From Mytilus trossulus (taxonomy: Eukaryota): a DNA stretch of 64,000 bases. Numbering within the stretch: the stretch's first letter is position 1; the number at the start of each line of letters is the position of its first letter. The translations under genes and the position numbers were made by a program. The stretch covers positions 15,996,001 to 16,060,000 of the forward strand of contig NC_086376.1 of NCBI RefSeq assembly GCF_036588685.1, read 5' to 3'. Below are positions 39,291-52,659 of this stretch, piece after piece. The notes under the pieces are model-generated. The model ran no database searches. It was not told the DNA's origin and saw only the letters and a list, made by a program, of their open reading frames with translations.

Positions 39291-42200
39291 AGAGGAGTGC
39301 CTTAATCACCCATATGCGGTACCGAGTATCGGAATGTTTTAGGTATTATTGCTCTACAACTTAGTAATATTTTATATAGTTTTACAATTCTTATTTAGTA
39401 TGCATCTGGTGAGCAGTTTGTAGACGAAACCCTAGTCTTACATACCAAATTATAAGCTTGGTATCCGTGATGATGTATGTATCCTATTTAAGTTTTACTA
39501 GCGTTCCATATGAACGTTATTGCAGACACACATGGTATCTTACTTTTAACGGTACCCGAAAAATGTTATTCAATGCATAATGTGCAATTACAGCTCATGT
39601 TTAAGGCGTTGTACATCAATTTATCAGTTAAGTTACCGATGAAATTTTATCTAAAAAATGCATCTTCTTTTCGTTATTGTTTTGTATATATTTGTCATAT
39701 TGATTATTTGTTTTATTAAACAAATTGTCTATAACAAAACACTTTCAAATGGTTAAAATAGGGATATGTGGTAGGATTGCGATGGGACAGTTATTCTCAA
39801 AGACCAATGTAAAATGATTATTTAAACAAACACTGTTCGGCCTTCACCAATTAGCAGAACCCAACCTACCTGTCATTCTATTCATTCAGTTCTTCTTTAC
39901 AGGCGACATTGATTTATTTTTTTTGTATATTTAAGCTACTGACATCTCCTAAAAAGCTCCCAATCCAGTCTATTTACTACAAATCTTGCTCGTTATATAT
40001 GATTTATGACCCACAAGGATTATTAGTGATGAAAGGTCAATAATAAACTGTTAAATTGTTTATCTTTCTCTGCCAAAGTGTAAACGTGGCAAATTGCGTA
40101 GATGTATAAGTTCTTTTCTGATAGATGCTTTCATAGTTTATTTCGAGTTTTGGATATCTGTTTTGTATTAATTAAGGTTATCTGCCATATTTTAGTTTGA
40201 ATGAAACTGGTTGTTTGTTTTGTTTTTGTTTATACTGATTGATAATCTGGCTGATTTGATACAAAGTCGAATAAGACATATTTTGTTTTGGTTAGTGAGG
40301 AAAACGCCGATTTTACGCTTTTTTCACATATTTTTACTTATCTTGTTAAGAACTAACATGAAAATGAAGTATGCTTCAAATTGAACACAATCTGTTAAGT
40401 AGGAGAGGCAGACATGTGATGAAGTTCATTGCCTTACACAGAAATCGTCTGCTGCCTGTAAATTACAAATAAATTGAATGCTCATTACATTTTTACGTAA
40501 TTACAACGGATGACATTTAGATTCAAGGAAACTGTTCAGACTATTACTGATTACAATTAAACACTTGCTTACGTGACTTATGTTTATTTGGTGTAAATCG
40601 TAATTTCCTCTTATTAACGACACTTTTCAACAGCTTTTTAAGTAATTTCAGGCATATCCGTATATTGAGAAAACAAATTATTTCTTTTCGAATAAAGAGT
40701 CTGTGGAAATTCATTAATAGTAATCACCTAGAATAGGATTTATTGGTTGACAAGCGACGGTCATTATGATCCCTTTTGTTCGGTTAAGAACTAAAAAAAG
40801 TGAACTTTAGTCGTGGTGAAGAGTGAATCTAAAGGACACTAAAAACTCGTAAGTCTACAATTGAGAGGTAAAATACTTTGAGGTTTAGTGGTTTAATAGA
40901 TTTAGTAGACTGTAGAAGTTTTATATATTGGGTGCTGATAAAATTCTAATTTGGAATATATATGTTTTTTCATTGATACAGATAGACGACTTCAAACGCA
41001 ATTATTTCACCGTATAGTCTGAACAGTTACATACAATTTGCACAATTGCATTGAACTTACAAATCCCAACAACGAAGCTATGAACTTGAGTGTTTTCGAT
41101 TACAATACCACCGCATTATTACAGAGTACGCCCCTTACACAAAAAATGCTCCAGCAGAGTTATACTAAACAACGACTAAAATCGACACAACAAAAGATCA
41201 TAGTAAACTTCACTAATTTGTTGACCAATGCGGATGCGTCTCTATGTAAAAATCGTCAGGGATATGTTTTGGCTGTCTTAGTTCTTTATGTATCAAAATG
41301 GTCGTCTGATTTACCGATTGTGACATTTTGACTCACCGTAAATTGGAGATGCATATATATGTATATCAAGACTAAAAAATTACGCCGATGCCACCGGTCT
41401 TGCTAATTGTGTGTTTTAGCAATTTTCCCTTTTCGACTACTTGCATAATTTGTATATCTTCATTATAGATTTGTAGAATTTGAACATCGTTGATAATTTT
41501 TATTGTGTACTGTTGATTACAGTCGTACTTCTTGCGAGAGTTTGTATTTAAGAAACACAAGTGGAATTCTTATAACATGAACATGCAAATATGTAATGTA
41601 ACTATTAAGATATAAAAATACAACGTTGATCGTGATTGTACGTTACTGCTGAAAAAAGTGAAATTGTCAATGAGGCAAAGAATATATTACGTTACATTTG
41701 TCATAGACCATAGTCTAAAGTTGTTCATCTCTAACAATGGCAAGAAAGAAAATCAAAAATCAACCAAATGTGTTTCTTCAAACTATTTATCATTCAAGTG
41801 TTAAGAAATAATGTTCGTGTAAATAAAAAGAAATTATAGAGAGCTTTATGTGACAGTATCAGAAAAAGACCCAAATTAACAAATTTGTCATTTTTTTATG
41901 TGTTGCGTATTTGCTTTTCGTTCATTTTTTGGTACATAACTGAGGCCGTTTTTCTTTTGAATTGTTTTACATTTGACTATGCGGGACCTTTTATAGTTGA
42001 CTATGGGGTATGTGCTTTGCTAATTGTTGAAGACCGTACTATAATTGTTAATTTCCTGTCATTTGGTCTGTTGTGAAGAGTTATCTCATTGACAATCATA
42101 CCACCTCTTCTTTTTTTATAAACACACAAGAAAAAAGACATTCATTAAAGGATCAAAAGTTACTATTTTTTTCAAAATAATGAAATATGATTTTTTTGGC

Positions 42201-43544
42201 TTTCAACATTTATTAATACAAAAAAAAGAGTCAGTTTGTTATATTTTGATACAATAGCTCTAAACGTATCTAAGCTATTTCAAAGGAAAGAAAGATCAAA
42301 CAAGGGACCAGCCTTTTCTTTTAAAAGATTTCTATATTTATATTTAATTGATGACATGATATCAAACAGACCTAGAAGAAGTGTATCTATATATATGCTT
42401 ATATCGAGTCATATAACAACCGGCATTCTCTGGAGTTTATCTCAATAATTACGCACATAAAGTGCTGATACATTTAAACATGTAATGGTACTGTTAATTA
42501 GTTTTATTTGGCTTTTTGGTCCTTTGGATATAGGTTCAAGTATTGTATAATGAAATATGACAACTGGCTTACAATTGGTTTGGCAGCTAATTACCCTATA
42601 ACTGACTGCAAGGGTCAGGGACACACGTTAGCAGAGTAGAATGACATGCGATTTTGGTCAAAACAAGTTTGCTTGCTCAAGTGAAATCGCCAGAAACTAT
42701 CATACGTCCCACGGAAAAGTTGTATTGGAAATAACTGTTATAACGTTTACGTGTTCAGTTAAAGGCAATAATTAATTTACTGTTGTTTTTCTTTTGGTCT
42801 TTTGTTTTGCCTTAGCGTTGTCAGTTTATTTTTAATTTATGAGTTAGAATGTCCCTTTGGTATCGTTTGTCTCTCTTCTATAACAAGTGTATGGAAATAA
42901 CAACAAGGTAATCAGTAACCATTATTTGAACCAAGAAATATGATATTATGACCAGTAGAAAATAAATATTGAAAGAAATAGAAGCATCCTAACGAGGATT
43001 GATTCTTCTATGATGTATTGTTTAATATGCTTCTATAGATTGTAAGCAGTATTGTAAGAGATGTATCGGCTGATAGTATTTTCTTGATTTAATGATGAAT
43101 TAACATCGTTATTTTTCACTTGAAACACAAAGCTGTCACTTAACGAGATGTTTCCATCTCTCATAATGACACTGAACATTGTATTCAAATATAAATATTT
43201 ATCAAGTCCAGTGTGAGCATGGTACGATATTAAAATGGTTCTTGATACACATGTTCTTATACGATTCTCAACTTGAAAAAAATATCAGTGTCAATTTCAT
43301 TATCTAATATGCGCATTTCAATACGCTTTCGACTTGGGGTTCATATCTTTTAGAAAAAGACGGACGTTGTTTTGCTATTATTAAGGACCCAAAAATTATT
43401 AAGATAAAAATATCCTGATGATGCTTTGACATAGAGACATGTTTGTTTTACTGTTCTTTATTCTATAAATACCTAGATTGTTTCAGTCCATTTTAAAAGA
43501 TATGCTTGATATCTCGCCGTTCTAAATAGTACTTTAATAAGTAC

Positions 43545-44196
43545 TTACATCTAGAAATTGACAATGAGGGTCGGTTGAAGACAAAACTTTACGACAAAAG
43601 AGATGATTTCAGCTTTCCAATTGTGAACTTTCCATTTCTAAGTAGCAACATTCCAGCAGCACCTGCATACGGGGTATATATCTCCCAATTGATACGATAT
43701 TCCCGTGCTTGCATTTCCTATCATGATTTTCTTGATAGAGGGTTACTGCTCACAAGGAAGCTATTAAACCAAGAGTTCCAAATGGTGAAGTTGAAATCAT
43801 CCCTTCGTAAATTTTACGGACGCCATCACGAGTTGGTTGACCGTTATGGAATAACCGTTTCACAAATGATATCGGATATGTTCCTTACGTCGTAACTACA
43901 ATCCCCTTCCCTTTCATGAATTTGACATACCGAATTAGACTATTTACCGGATTTGCAATCACATAAGCAACACGACGGGTGCCGCATGTGGAGCAGGATC
44001 TGCTTACCCTTCCGGAGCACCTGAGATCACCCCTAGTTTTTGGTGGGGTTCGTGTTGTTTATTCTTTAGTTTTCTATGTTGTGTCATGTGTACTATTGTT
44101 TTTCTGTTTGTCTTTTTCATTTTTAGCCATGGCGTTGTCAGTTTGTTTTAGATTTACGAGTTTGACTGTCCCTTTGGTGTCTTTCGTCCCTCTTTT
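43545..44196 (+). mobile_element. Young 5'-truncated PLE family B copy (thumb domain plus 3' UTR)
   Basis: Open ORF 43575-43895 (KTKLYDKRDDFSFPIVNFP...YGVYISQLIRYSRAC). Flanked by tttaataa at 43533-43540 and 44194-44201. Confidence 0.92.
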
Positions 44197-45079
44197 AATA
44201 ACGAATCATTTGAATCACACATGTTTAAATTTCATTACCATTACATTTGATTACATTTAGATTTTTGTTTGGGATTAAACTTAGATATATATTTCAAGTT
44301 ATTTACAAATACTTATTTGACCACTGGTAAAATAAAAACTAAGTTCTTTATTCATACTAAATGAAAAAAGACAAATTAATTAGATACGACAACCAGCTCA
44401 TTTGAAAGACAGACATATTTAGGATATGATGGAGTAATACGTTCCATCCCCTTCTCTATGAGAGGGATAAATTGGCACATGTGGGAAAGGGCTTCAATTA
44501 ACAATCAGAACCCAGAAACATAAAAAAGAAACAAAAACATGTAGAAAACGTATTATAAGCTTATTCAAGTCAAAATCATCTATAAAATAAATGCGAAAAT
44601 CCTAAAAAAAAACCAAAGTGTTACGATAAACGTATTTATAATATGTAGGAAAATAAAACTATAACAATACATATTCAGTCAATTTTTACTTTATTCAAAG
44701 CAAAATAAATATATAAATACCGATATAGTCTGTATATACTCAATTATGTTATTTCTGTGTTCATAATTGTTATTATATCTATAAATGATAAAAGTATTAA
44801 CTTTGGTCATATATTGCGATTTTAATATGAAATATTTGGATTTGGAGAAGACTAATGCGTCGTCTTTAAATATTTTTATTCTACCAGTTATAAAGAAAAA
44901 TATTGGAAATATAATTTTGTCTGTCGAAAAGGTTCAACATTAAGATTAGTTTCCGAAAAAAAATCAAGGTATGAAAATACATTGTTTATAAAAATTAAAA
45001 TACATTAATTCCTGTTCTGATAAAGTTGTCAATCAGTACAACTGTTTAAAATGGTTTCGGAATGTGAAAAATTATCTGA

Positions 45080-45123
45080 GCGTCACTGATGAGTTTTGTG
45101 CAGACGAAACTCGCGTCTGGAGT
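45080..45123 (+). ncRNA. Hammerhead ribozyme in a solo family-2 retrozyme fragment (~45065-45159)
   Basis: gcgtca CTGATGA GTTT-tgtgc-AGAC GAAAC TCGC GTC^ tggagt, followed by attaaattataagcctgatacctatgataactatt. Confidence 0.75.
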
Positions 45124-47849
45124 ATTAAATTATAAGCCTGATACCTATGATAACTATTTTTACTTCTGGTCTTCTAGATGGCAAATACGCCCACTTCTAC
45201 AACAGTTGTTTGATGTTCTACAATATCGCCAAATTGGATTAGCAATCCAATCAGACACAATTGGTTAACGCACGTATATCTGGGTTCCAGTAGTAAAACT
45301 GTGGGAATATACTACACAAACACACAAACAACCGAATTAAACATCCAAACACACTTACAACTAATCCAATCAAAATCGCCAACAAAGAAGTTTTTATAAT
45401 TGATAACACAGTCACTTAAGTATAGCATAACAACGGAGCCCCTTAACTCTCATGTGAATATCAATAACGTCGTTTGTTAGAGATTAAATCTGGTGCGAAC
45501 CAGTTTAAAAATTGGCGCGGACGATTTTCAAATTTTAAAAAAGGAGCGCAGTACAATTAAATTGGTGACTTGAATTTGTAACTTGTTTGCGCCAATTTTT
45601 TTCTTCTTCATTACAACACTTTATTGTGATGAACTACGATGCAAAATAATACAAGAGAAACATCTTAATTTCACAACAGGACATTTTCCGTGATGCCTGT
45701 ATGTATATTACTTGCTAATTTTAGCTGTGAAGGGAAATATTTGTAATGAATTTTCTGACATAATAAACAATGTCGAAGACATGAAACAGGAAATGACAAT
45801 CTGGCAAAGAAATTGGAAAATTCGTCTATTGCTGACGACAAATGGTGCTTTTTTAATTGTTCCTGCGACTGTTTGTAAGAGTGTGATAAAGACATTTTCT
45901 GAACCAAAACTTGAGTGCACAGTGTACTATCTATAGGGATTTTTCTTAAAAAACATTTTAAATAAAAAAAAATATATCTTCGATCGTTAAACGCCAAAAA
46001 TGAATAAAAGCAAGGAATCAGAACGGTCATACGTATAAAACATAAAGAGGTATACATCTGAAATGGTCAGTTATGTTGAAGAATTAATTGTTCATGTGTT
46101 TGGAAAAAAATAATTATGTTCATTTATATTATATAAAAGTTGTTATTATAATACTGAAAACCGAAATAAATCGTTCTTTTTTCATAAATAGTTTAAATAA
46201 CTTATATAAAAATACAGCACTTTGTTTTCATGCTATCGTACAGAGACATATCAAATTCATTCTAGATTATTTGTTTCTTTGATGGTCGTAGGAAGAAATT
46301 TATTCATTCAAAGGGTACAGCTAATTGTTATTTACCTCCTTGTTTTACCAGTTTAACCTTAATTATAACACTGACACATGTGATATTAAAGAGTTTCATT
46401 CACATTAATTTTATCTACTAATTTATTACTTTAGTTGAATTTATCATTCATCATTTGTATGAGAATAGTTTTCGTAAAAATATTACATTACCCTTGTTAT
46501 TGTAATTGAGAATTTACTAAATCTATTTTCAAAATCGGTAAAATTTGGTTACAATGATCATTCAATGTATTACTTATAACTGATGGCAATATCATTATTG
46601 TTGGTTAATATGGATCCAAGTACCTGGCTTGAATCAAACTTGGAAGTAGAAATATTATTGTAAATTAGTACAATCTTGAAAAAATTTCCAGAATCCTTCG
46701 TAAGGGAAAATATTTTTGTGAACTAAAATCATGCAAGTTTTGCATTGTGATACTGACCATTTCAATAAGTTCTTTATGTTTATCTGAATTTTTGTATCAT
46801 AAAGATGTGAGATTTGTCGTCCGCAAATCTGTATGTTGTCAGGTATATCCAACGTTTTTCTCTTTAACCATCGTCCAGAATGTGCATGTACTGTTTGGCA
46901 TTTGACGTTAAGCAACCAACAATCAATCCAAAGTGAAATACAACATGTATGAATGCAATTTATATTTTGAAAAATTGACTTGCCAATGAGATATTAACAT
47001 TTTGTTATTGTTTAATTTTTTTTAATTGTTCAATTGTACAATTCACATAGGATTTTCGACCCCTGGAATATATTACCTAAGCTATATTTTGCCAAACAAT
47101 TATAATGATTTGGACCTTTATGTTATTCAAACTCTTTGCCTTGCCTTTTAACGTTTGAATTCTACAGTTAGATTGATTCGTTTGAAGACGAAGCGAAACG
47201 CACACCTAGGGAACAAAAAGCCATCTTTTATTTTTAAGTTTGTTTAGTAATATAGAATATAAAACATTTATCTTCATAAAATGATAACATCCCTTTACTA
47301 ACAATGCAATTCGTATAACAATGACGAAGTCAATTTGTAAATCCTGTACTTTAACTTGTCTTCTTAAATATTCGATAATTTGATTTAAAACTACAAATTT
47401 GATGGAACTGCACCAAGAGAACATAATGGAAAAATGTAGAAAAGTTAGTTTTATTTTTCAGTTTCACTGTCATCTTTTGAAATGATGTCCTTTAAACCTT
47501 TAATGAGAATATTGAACGCATCGACCCCGTCGAATTTGACATAACAAGATATGAAACATACAGTAAATATAAAAAAAAACGTGGTATGATTGACAATATG
47601 AACACTTTTCCCAAGAATCAAAATAAAGTCTGTCTAATATTTCTGCTTACATCTAGGTTTTAGCTATTGGGGATCGAATGAATATTTAAACTACACGACC
47701 TTTTTTTTTCAAGACTTGAAATACATCTATTGAAAATTACCTGAATATAAATACCTTGTATAACCCAGGTAAGTATACACAAGGGGACCTGTGTTAACAA
47801 TGATCCATCGTCCAGGTATAAACGGTGGACTATATTATAAAAAAATCTA

Positions 47850-49260
47850 TTTTATATTTTTTGCAAACATAAGTTATACATCTATATTAATTACATAGAC
47901 AGAGTTTGCGTATAAAATGTTAATAACATTCTACAGTAAATAAAAAGATACACTACAATCTACAGAATAATATACCTTGACTTATAATTTACATTTAATT
48001 TTTTGTACTTTTAACACCTGGATAACATTGTAATGTGTCGGTCAGTGATTTAATAGGTCACATGCTCGACATTGTAAATATTTGTATTTTATATTTCTAT
48101 TGTTGGATGTATTATGTTCTAAAAAGGAAAGAAGGTAAGTACAAATTAATAAACCACTTACTAAGATTTATTATTAGTTTGATTTCAGATGCAAACTTTT
48201 CTTTTTTTGAAGATAATGATTTATCCATAATTTCAATTAAACTGCCCAGTTCCCGTTTTGCATAATGATATCAATTGACAGGAAGTAAAACTTTTAGACT
48301 GAAACTTGATTACATTCCTACATTTCCCAAAAATCCATTTAACTGTATTCATAATCGTATCAGTTATGACATTGTACGTTTTGTTGTAATCGTACATTCC
48401 TAGTATGATAAGTGTTTCGCTCAATGGAATATATACTGTGTTATTAAGTACATTAAAGTTTTTAAGTCCATCAAAAATATATTCCCAAACAACCAGTTTA
48501 ATGTTACAGCTGTGAAAAAGGTGTGTGAGAGTTTCGTTTTCTGTTTTACAAAAATGACATTTGCCATTATTTGATCTGCTGATTCTAAATAGTTTTTGCT
48601 CCGTATAGATAATGTTATGAACAATTTTCCAGCTAATTTGATTTGCATTCCGAGAGAACATACTTTTATTTGAATTTATCCAGATCTTTTTCCACGGTTA
48701 TTCCGAATTATACTGAATATACCGTTTTATTTGACAGTTTGGAATTATATCTAAATTAATCGAATATTGGATTAATTTCAAAATTATTTACTTGTGATTA
48801 CTACTTTATTCTGTTTATCGTAGAATTCAAATGTATTTTTAATGTAATTACCATGTTGGTGGGGGGGGGGGGGGGATCAACGTGGACAATTTTTAGTCTG
48901 TCCTCGAACATTTTTGGAATAGCTAATTTCAGCCTTGTCCGCTCCGAAATCAAGTTTCTTTTTATCTTTTTGAATATTTTATATAAAGTTGTCGCTTTTG
49001 ATATTTTTCGTTTCTTCATCCCAAATATCTTTTATTGTATGAATTCCATTTTTTCCGAAGTTAGCGAAAAATAGGTTTTTTGTTGTATTGAATTTTTATG
49101 TTTCTAATTGTTGGTTTAGGATATCGGGTTTATTTATTGGACTTTGTATACTTAAAATATTTTACCACGTTTTAATTAAATCAAAGTAGTATTTTGGAAT
49201 ATTTTTCATTTGTAATCCTCGTAAATTCGAACACTTTGCTAAAGGATATAAAGAACTAAA
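47850..49260 (-). mobile_element. L1/Tx1-like LINE 3' relic (zf-RVT domain)
   Basis: ORF 48233-48661(-): WKIVHNIIYT..L....KCHFCKTENETLTHLFHSC...VW, the CCHC zf-RVT of L1/Tx1 ORF2. Boundaries approximate. Confidence 0.75.
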
Positions 49261-50699
49261 TGGTGGCCCCGTTGCCGGCAATGCTATTTTTAGCAATTAT
49301 CTCCTAATAAGGCGTTTTCATTAAACTAATTATGGAAAATCTGTTGTTGTCTAATTGAAGCTCTATATCTATTTGTGATTTTACCGCACTCAAATATATA
49401 TGGTCCCATGGCTTTTCTTGGTGAATTTTGGGGTTTTTCACGATACCTGACGATTTCGCAGAAAATTTTCCCTAATTTTGAGCAACATAAAAAAATTATT
49501 TTCGGCATTTCATACTATACATTTTAGGACAAATTTGTGCTTGCATGAAACTTCATTCATAATGCTTTCCAGAAGAAAAATTTATAAAAGATATAACAAC
49601 CAATCACAGAGAGCCATCTATTTTTATCTCTATGTCATGTTCCCTTCATAAAATGGCTGCGCCCATGTAATTTTATTTGGTACATTGTAACCTCAAGCAC
49701 TATCACAATAATATTTTATATCATATCATTTTTGGCTATTGTGTCCAAGTTATCGGTTTTCGACCTTAAAATCTTTTGCTTACTTTTGATTAGTTCAGAT
49801 TTAATGAACGAGTCAATATTTTTCATACCAATCCCCCTTTTTCTACTGGTAAGCAACACACGTCCCTTTTATTTAAATTTACTTTCCCTCCCACATAAAA
49901 TTCCACATGACATTGTGTACTTCTTTTTTTTTTCAGGTGTACCTAGCATTTCGATTTAGAATCCTATTGTGTATCGTCTACAAACATGTTAATCTTAACC
50001 TCTTTCTTTTCATTTTCTGTTTTAAGGTGGGGTTAATTTATTCCGTGAAATTTTGGATTAGCCCTAATTGTGGCTGCCACCGAGTCTGCTTGTAAAAGGT
50101 ATAGCATCGGCAATATTGGACAGCCCTGACGGGTTGATCTAGAAATTGGGGCGTATCTTGATTGAAAACGTTTAGTCATTAAACATGTTTTAGCATTTTT
50201 TAGTAACATTTTAACCCATTCCCGAAAAGTTTCCCGAAATTGAAATTTGTCTAAACATGCATCTAACCATTCCCAATCTGCATAGTCAAAAGCTTTTGTT
50301 TGGTCAAGAAAAGGATGGAACCTTCCTCGTCTTCCATTTCTATAAAATCGAAAAAAAATTATAGTCTACATTTAATCATGTTATATGTTGCCAAAAATTG
50401 ACGATTTTGGCTTTTAACTTACGAACTTTTCAGAGCTACAAGCGTGTAACAACATGCCCGCAGAGCACAAATTGTAAATTTTTCAAATACTCTGGTGCAA
50501 TTTTCGTAAAATGGGCTTTGAAGTACGTTAGTTTACTTGAACAAAAAATCGACTAAGAAAAAGTTCTAAAGGTCAACATTGTTGAATAACATCCGTGATA
50601 TGATTTCTGTTATTATTTACATTGTTGTTACACCTTATTCATGTTATTTTAAGTATTTCAAATAAAGTTTAGCAAAATTAATTCGTTCTTAAAAATTTT

Positions 50700-52659
50700 G
50701 GTAAAAGTTTAACACTACGGTATTTAATAGAGATTTTTCATACATTTGTACACAATATCAAATTTATTTGTCTCCGAAGCACTATTTCAGCAATGCAAGC
50801 CAGACAAAATTCATAAAGCTCATATGACGGAGTTATTCGAAGCTCATATACAGCCCTGTATAGATACATATACGCAATTCGGATGTGATGTATTACTTAC
50901 ATTTACATACTGGGGTTTGTTCCTTGAAGCAGTAGACATTTAGCTGTCAAATGTTAGAGCAGAACGAGAGGAAAATTGGTCTCTTCCTTGAGATCGCCAT
51001 CTCAAATGTTACATTATATTTTTGTGACCAACCGTACCACACGAAAGTGGATACTCGATATGCTTCAATTTTCTGTGAACATTCGATCACCTTTTATAGA
51101 TGGCTACTTTGCTTTTTAGAAAGATTCATTGACATTTTAACAGTACCATGACATGGCAACAAGAAAGACCGTTATAAGAGCCACAAAGGGATTAGGTGAC
51201 ACTGTAGGCATAACAAATCAAAAGTCTGCGCTTGTTAGATGGACCCTTACTAGACATTTTATAGAATCCATTAGACGTGTAATGCTGAAAAGGGATGGAA
51301 TTGCTGCAAATTATGCAAATTCACAAGAAGAAACAAAACCAACAGCAATGAAAGGAGATGAAGAACATGTTATTGCCATTGTGAACCATCTAAATGGTCC
51401 ATGTCTGATCCTTTTGGTGTGGAATCCCACCCTCACTGTCTTATCAATGTCTCTTCTTAAATGCATGCTTCAAGACATATTCGAGGTTCTTTGCTCACAG
51501 TTGTCGAAGAAGGCTTGATCATGTCTAAACATTGTATCTCTAGTGCTCTTTCTTAAGATCACAAGGAGTTTTTATAGTCCAATGTCGAAGTCAAATACAA
51601 ACCTTAAATATAAATCGGGGGAAATACTTTCAGGTCGCATAAATCCATAACTTGTGATTAGACGTGAACTGATTTGGGCAAAATGTAGAGATGATGTTAT
51701 CATAGAACATGTGTTGTCGCACCCATTCCATTATCCCCTTTTCAAAATGACGGCACCATGAGAAAATCAAGCAATTCGGATTTTGTGAAGCAATGTGAAT
51801 CTCAAGTCTCTTGTGCAATTTCTATACCTTCCTTTATAGAAGAGATGGTATGGCATTGGTTCAATTTATGAATGCTTAAAAAGGTAAAACATACGGTGAC
51901 CTTGCAGCTTACTATTAAAAAAATATGCCCCAATTAATTTCTATGGCACACATAGTAGCACATGTATTTGACCGCCTCGATACGAACAACTCTATAAAGT
52001 CTGCCGAAAGGGAACGCCGCACAGAGACTACATGCAGCTTCCTTCAAAGTGTATGAGATTATGTAATTGTTCTGTGTGTTCGCTACTATAAAAATAGGTC
52101 ACATACAAGCGAGTTGTGGTTGCAGATGTGGAACATTAGCAGTGTAAATGATGGGCGGAGATTTTCACCCATTTAATAACTATGTGTCTGTCTTTCCCCA
52201 ACAAATTGTAAACTATTGCCTGCTGCACATGTACTTACCGGATGCGACGCAACTTCGTCTCTGTTTGGAGTAGGTATACACACTGAATATGTGTTGATCT
52301 TGTGTAATAGAACAAGTATTTAAAAAACCTCAATTTCCAGAAAAAATCGATTTCTTATTCATTTTTTTTTTAAAACATTTTCGAGAAAATTCATTGATAA
52401 TTGACATAAGAAAATGTCTGTATCTAGAATTTAACCTAAATTGTTATATATTTCTTCAAATTTTAAAAGTATGGAAAAAATAAATAAAAACAGAATTTGA
52501 TCTTTGACCTCATTTTATGCAAAACTGTTACCACATTTCTTTTTGACGACATCGATATTTCAATAGTACTCATTTTTCCGAATCCAATGATATATAATAT
52601 TGCCATATAGTATGTTTGACGATTAAATCTAAAAAATATCGGGTCTGGTCATCAAACTA
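50700..52659 (+). mobile_element. Degenerate Academ-like (XPG-nuclease-bearing) DNA transposon
   Basis: Fragments TKG.G..VGIT....ALVRWTL (51153-51518), HVFDR....SIKSAER.RR (~51960) and HVLTGCDATSSLFGVG (~52228-52275, XPG/H2TH-like). Terminus ...ggtctggtcatcaaacta (reverse complement starts TAG). The 5' boundary is uncertain. Confidence 0.65.

Larger units (their letters stand above)
43130..47700 (+). repeat. Segmental duplication block C (copy ~52760-59870; third partial copy ~60410-60900)
   Basis: Colinear shared strings, e.g. aagtccagtgtgagca, gaataaaagcaaggaatcagaac, aaaatcggtaaaatttggttacaatgatcattcaatgtattacttat, tagctattggggatcgaatgaatatttaaa. Confidence 0.85.

Noticed and set aside
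41038-41560. Short ORFs 41038-41331(+) and 41372-41560(-), and similarly 45671-46057, 46655-46915, 8329-8679
   Set aside because: No recognisable motifs or consistent splice structure; expected by chance in AT-rich DNA.
46034-46072. TATA box plus TCAGTT initiator
   Set aside because: Spacing is slightly long, the TATA is disrupted in the paralog (~57398), and no downstream gene was identified.
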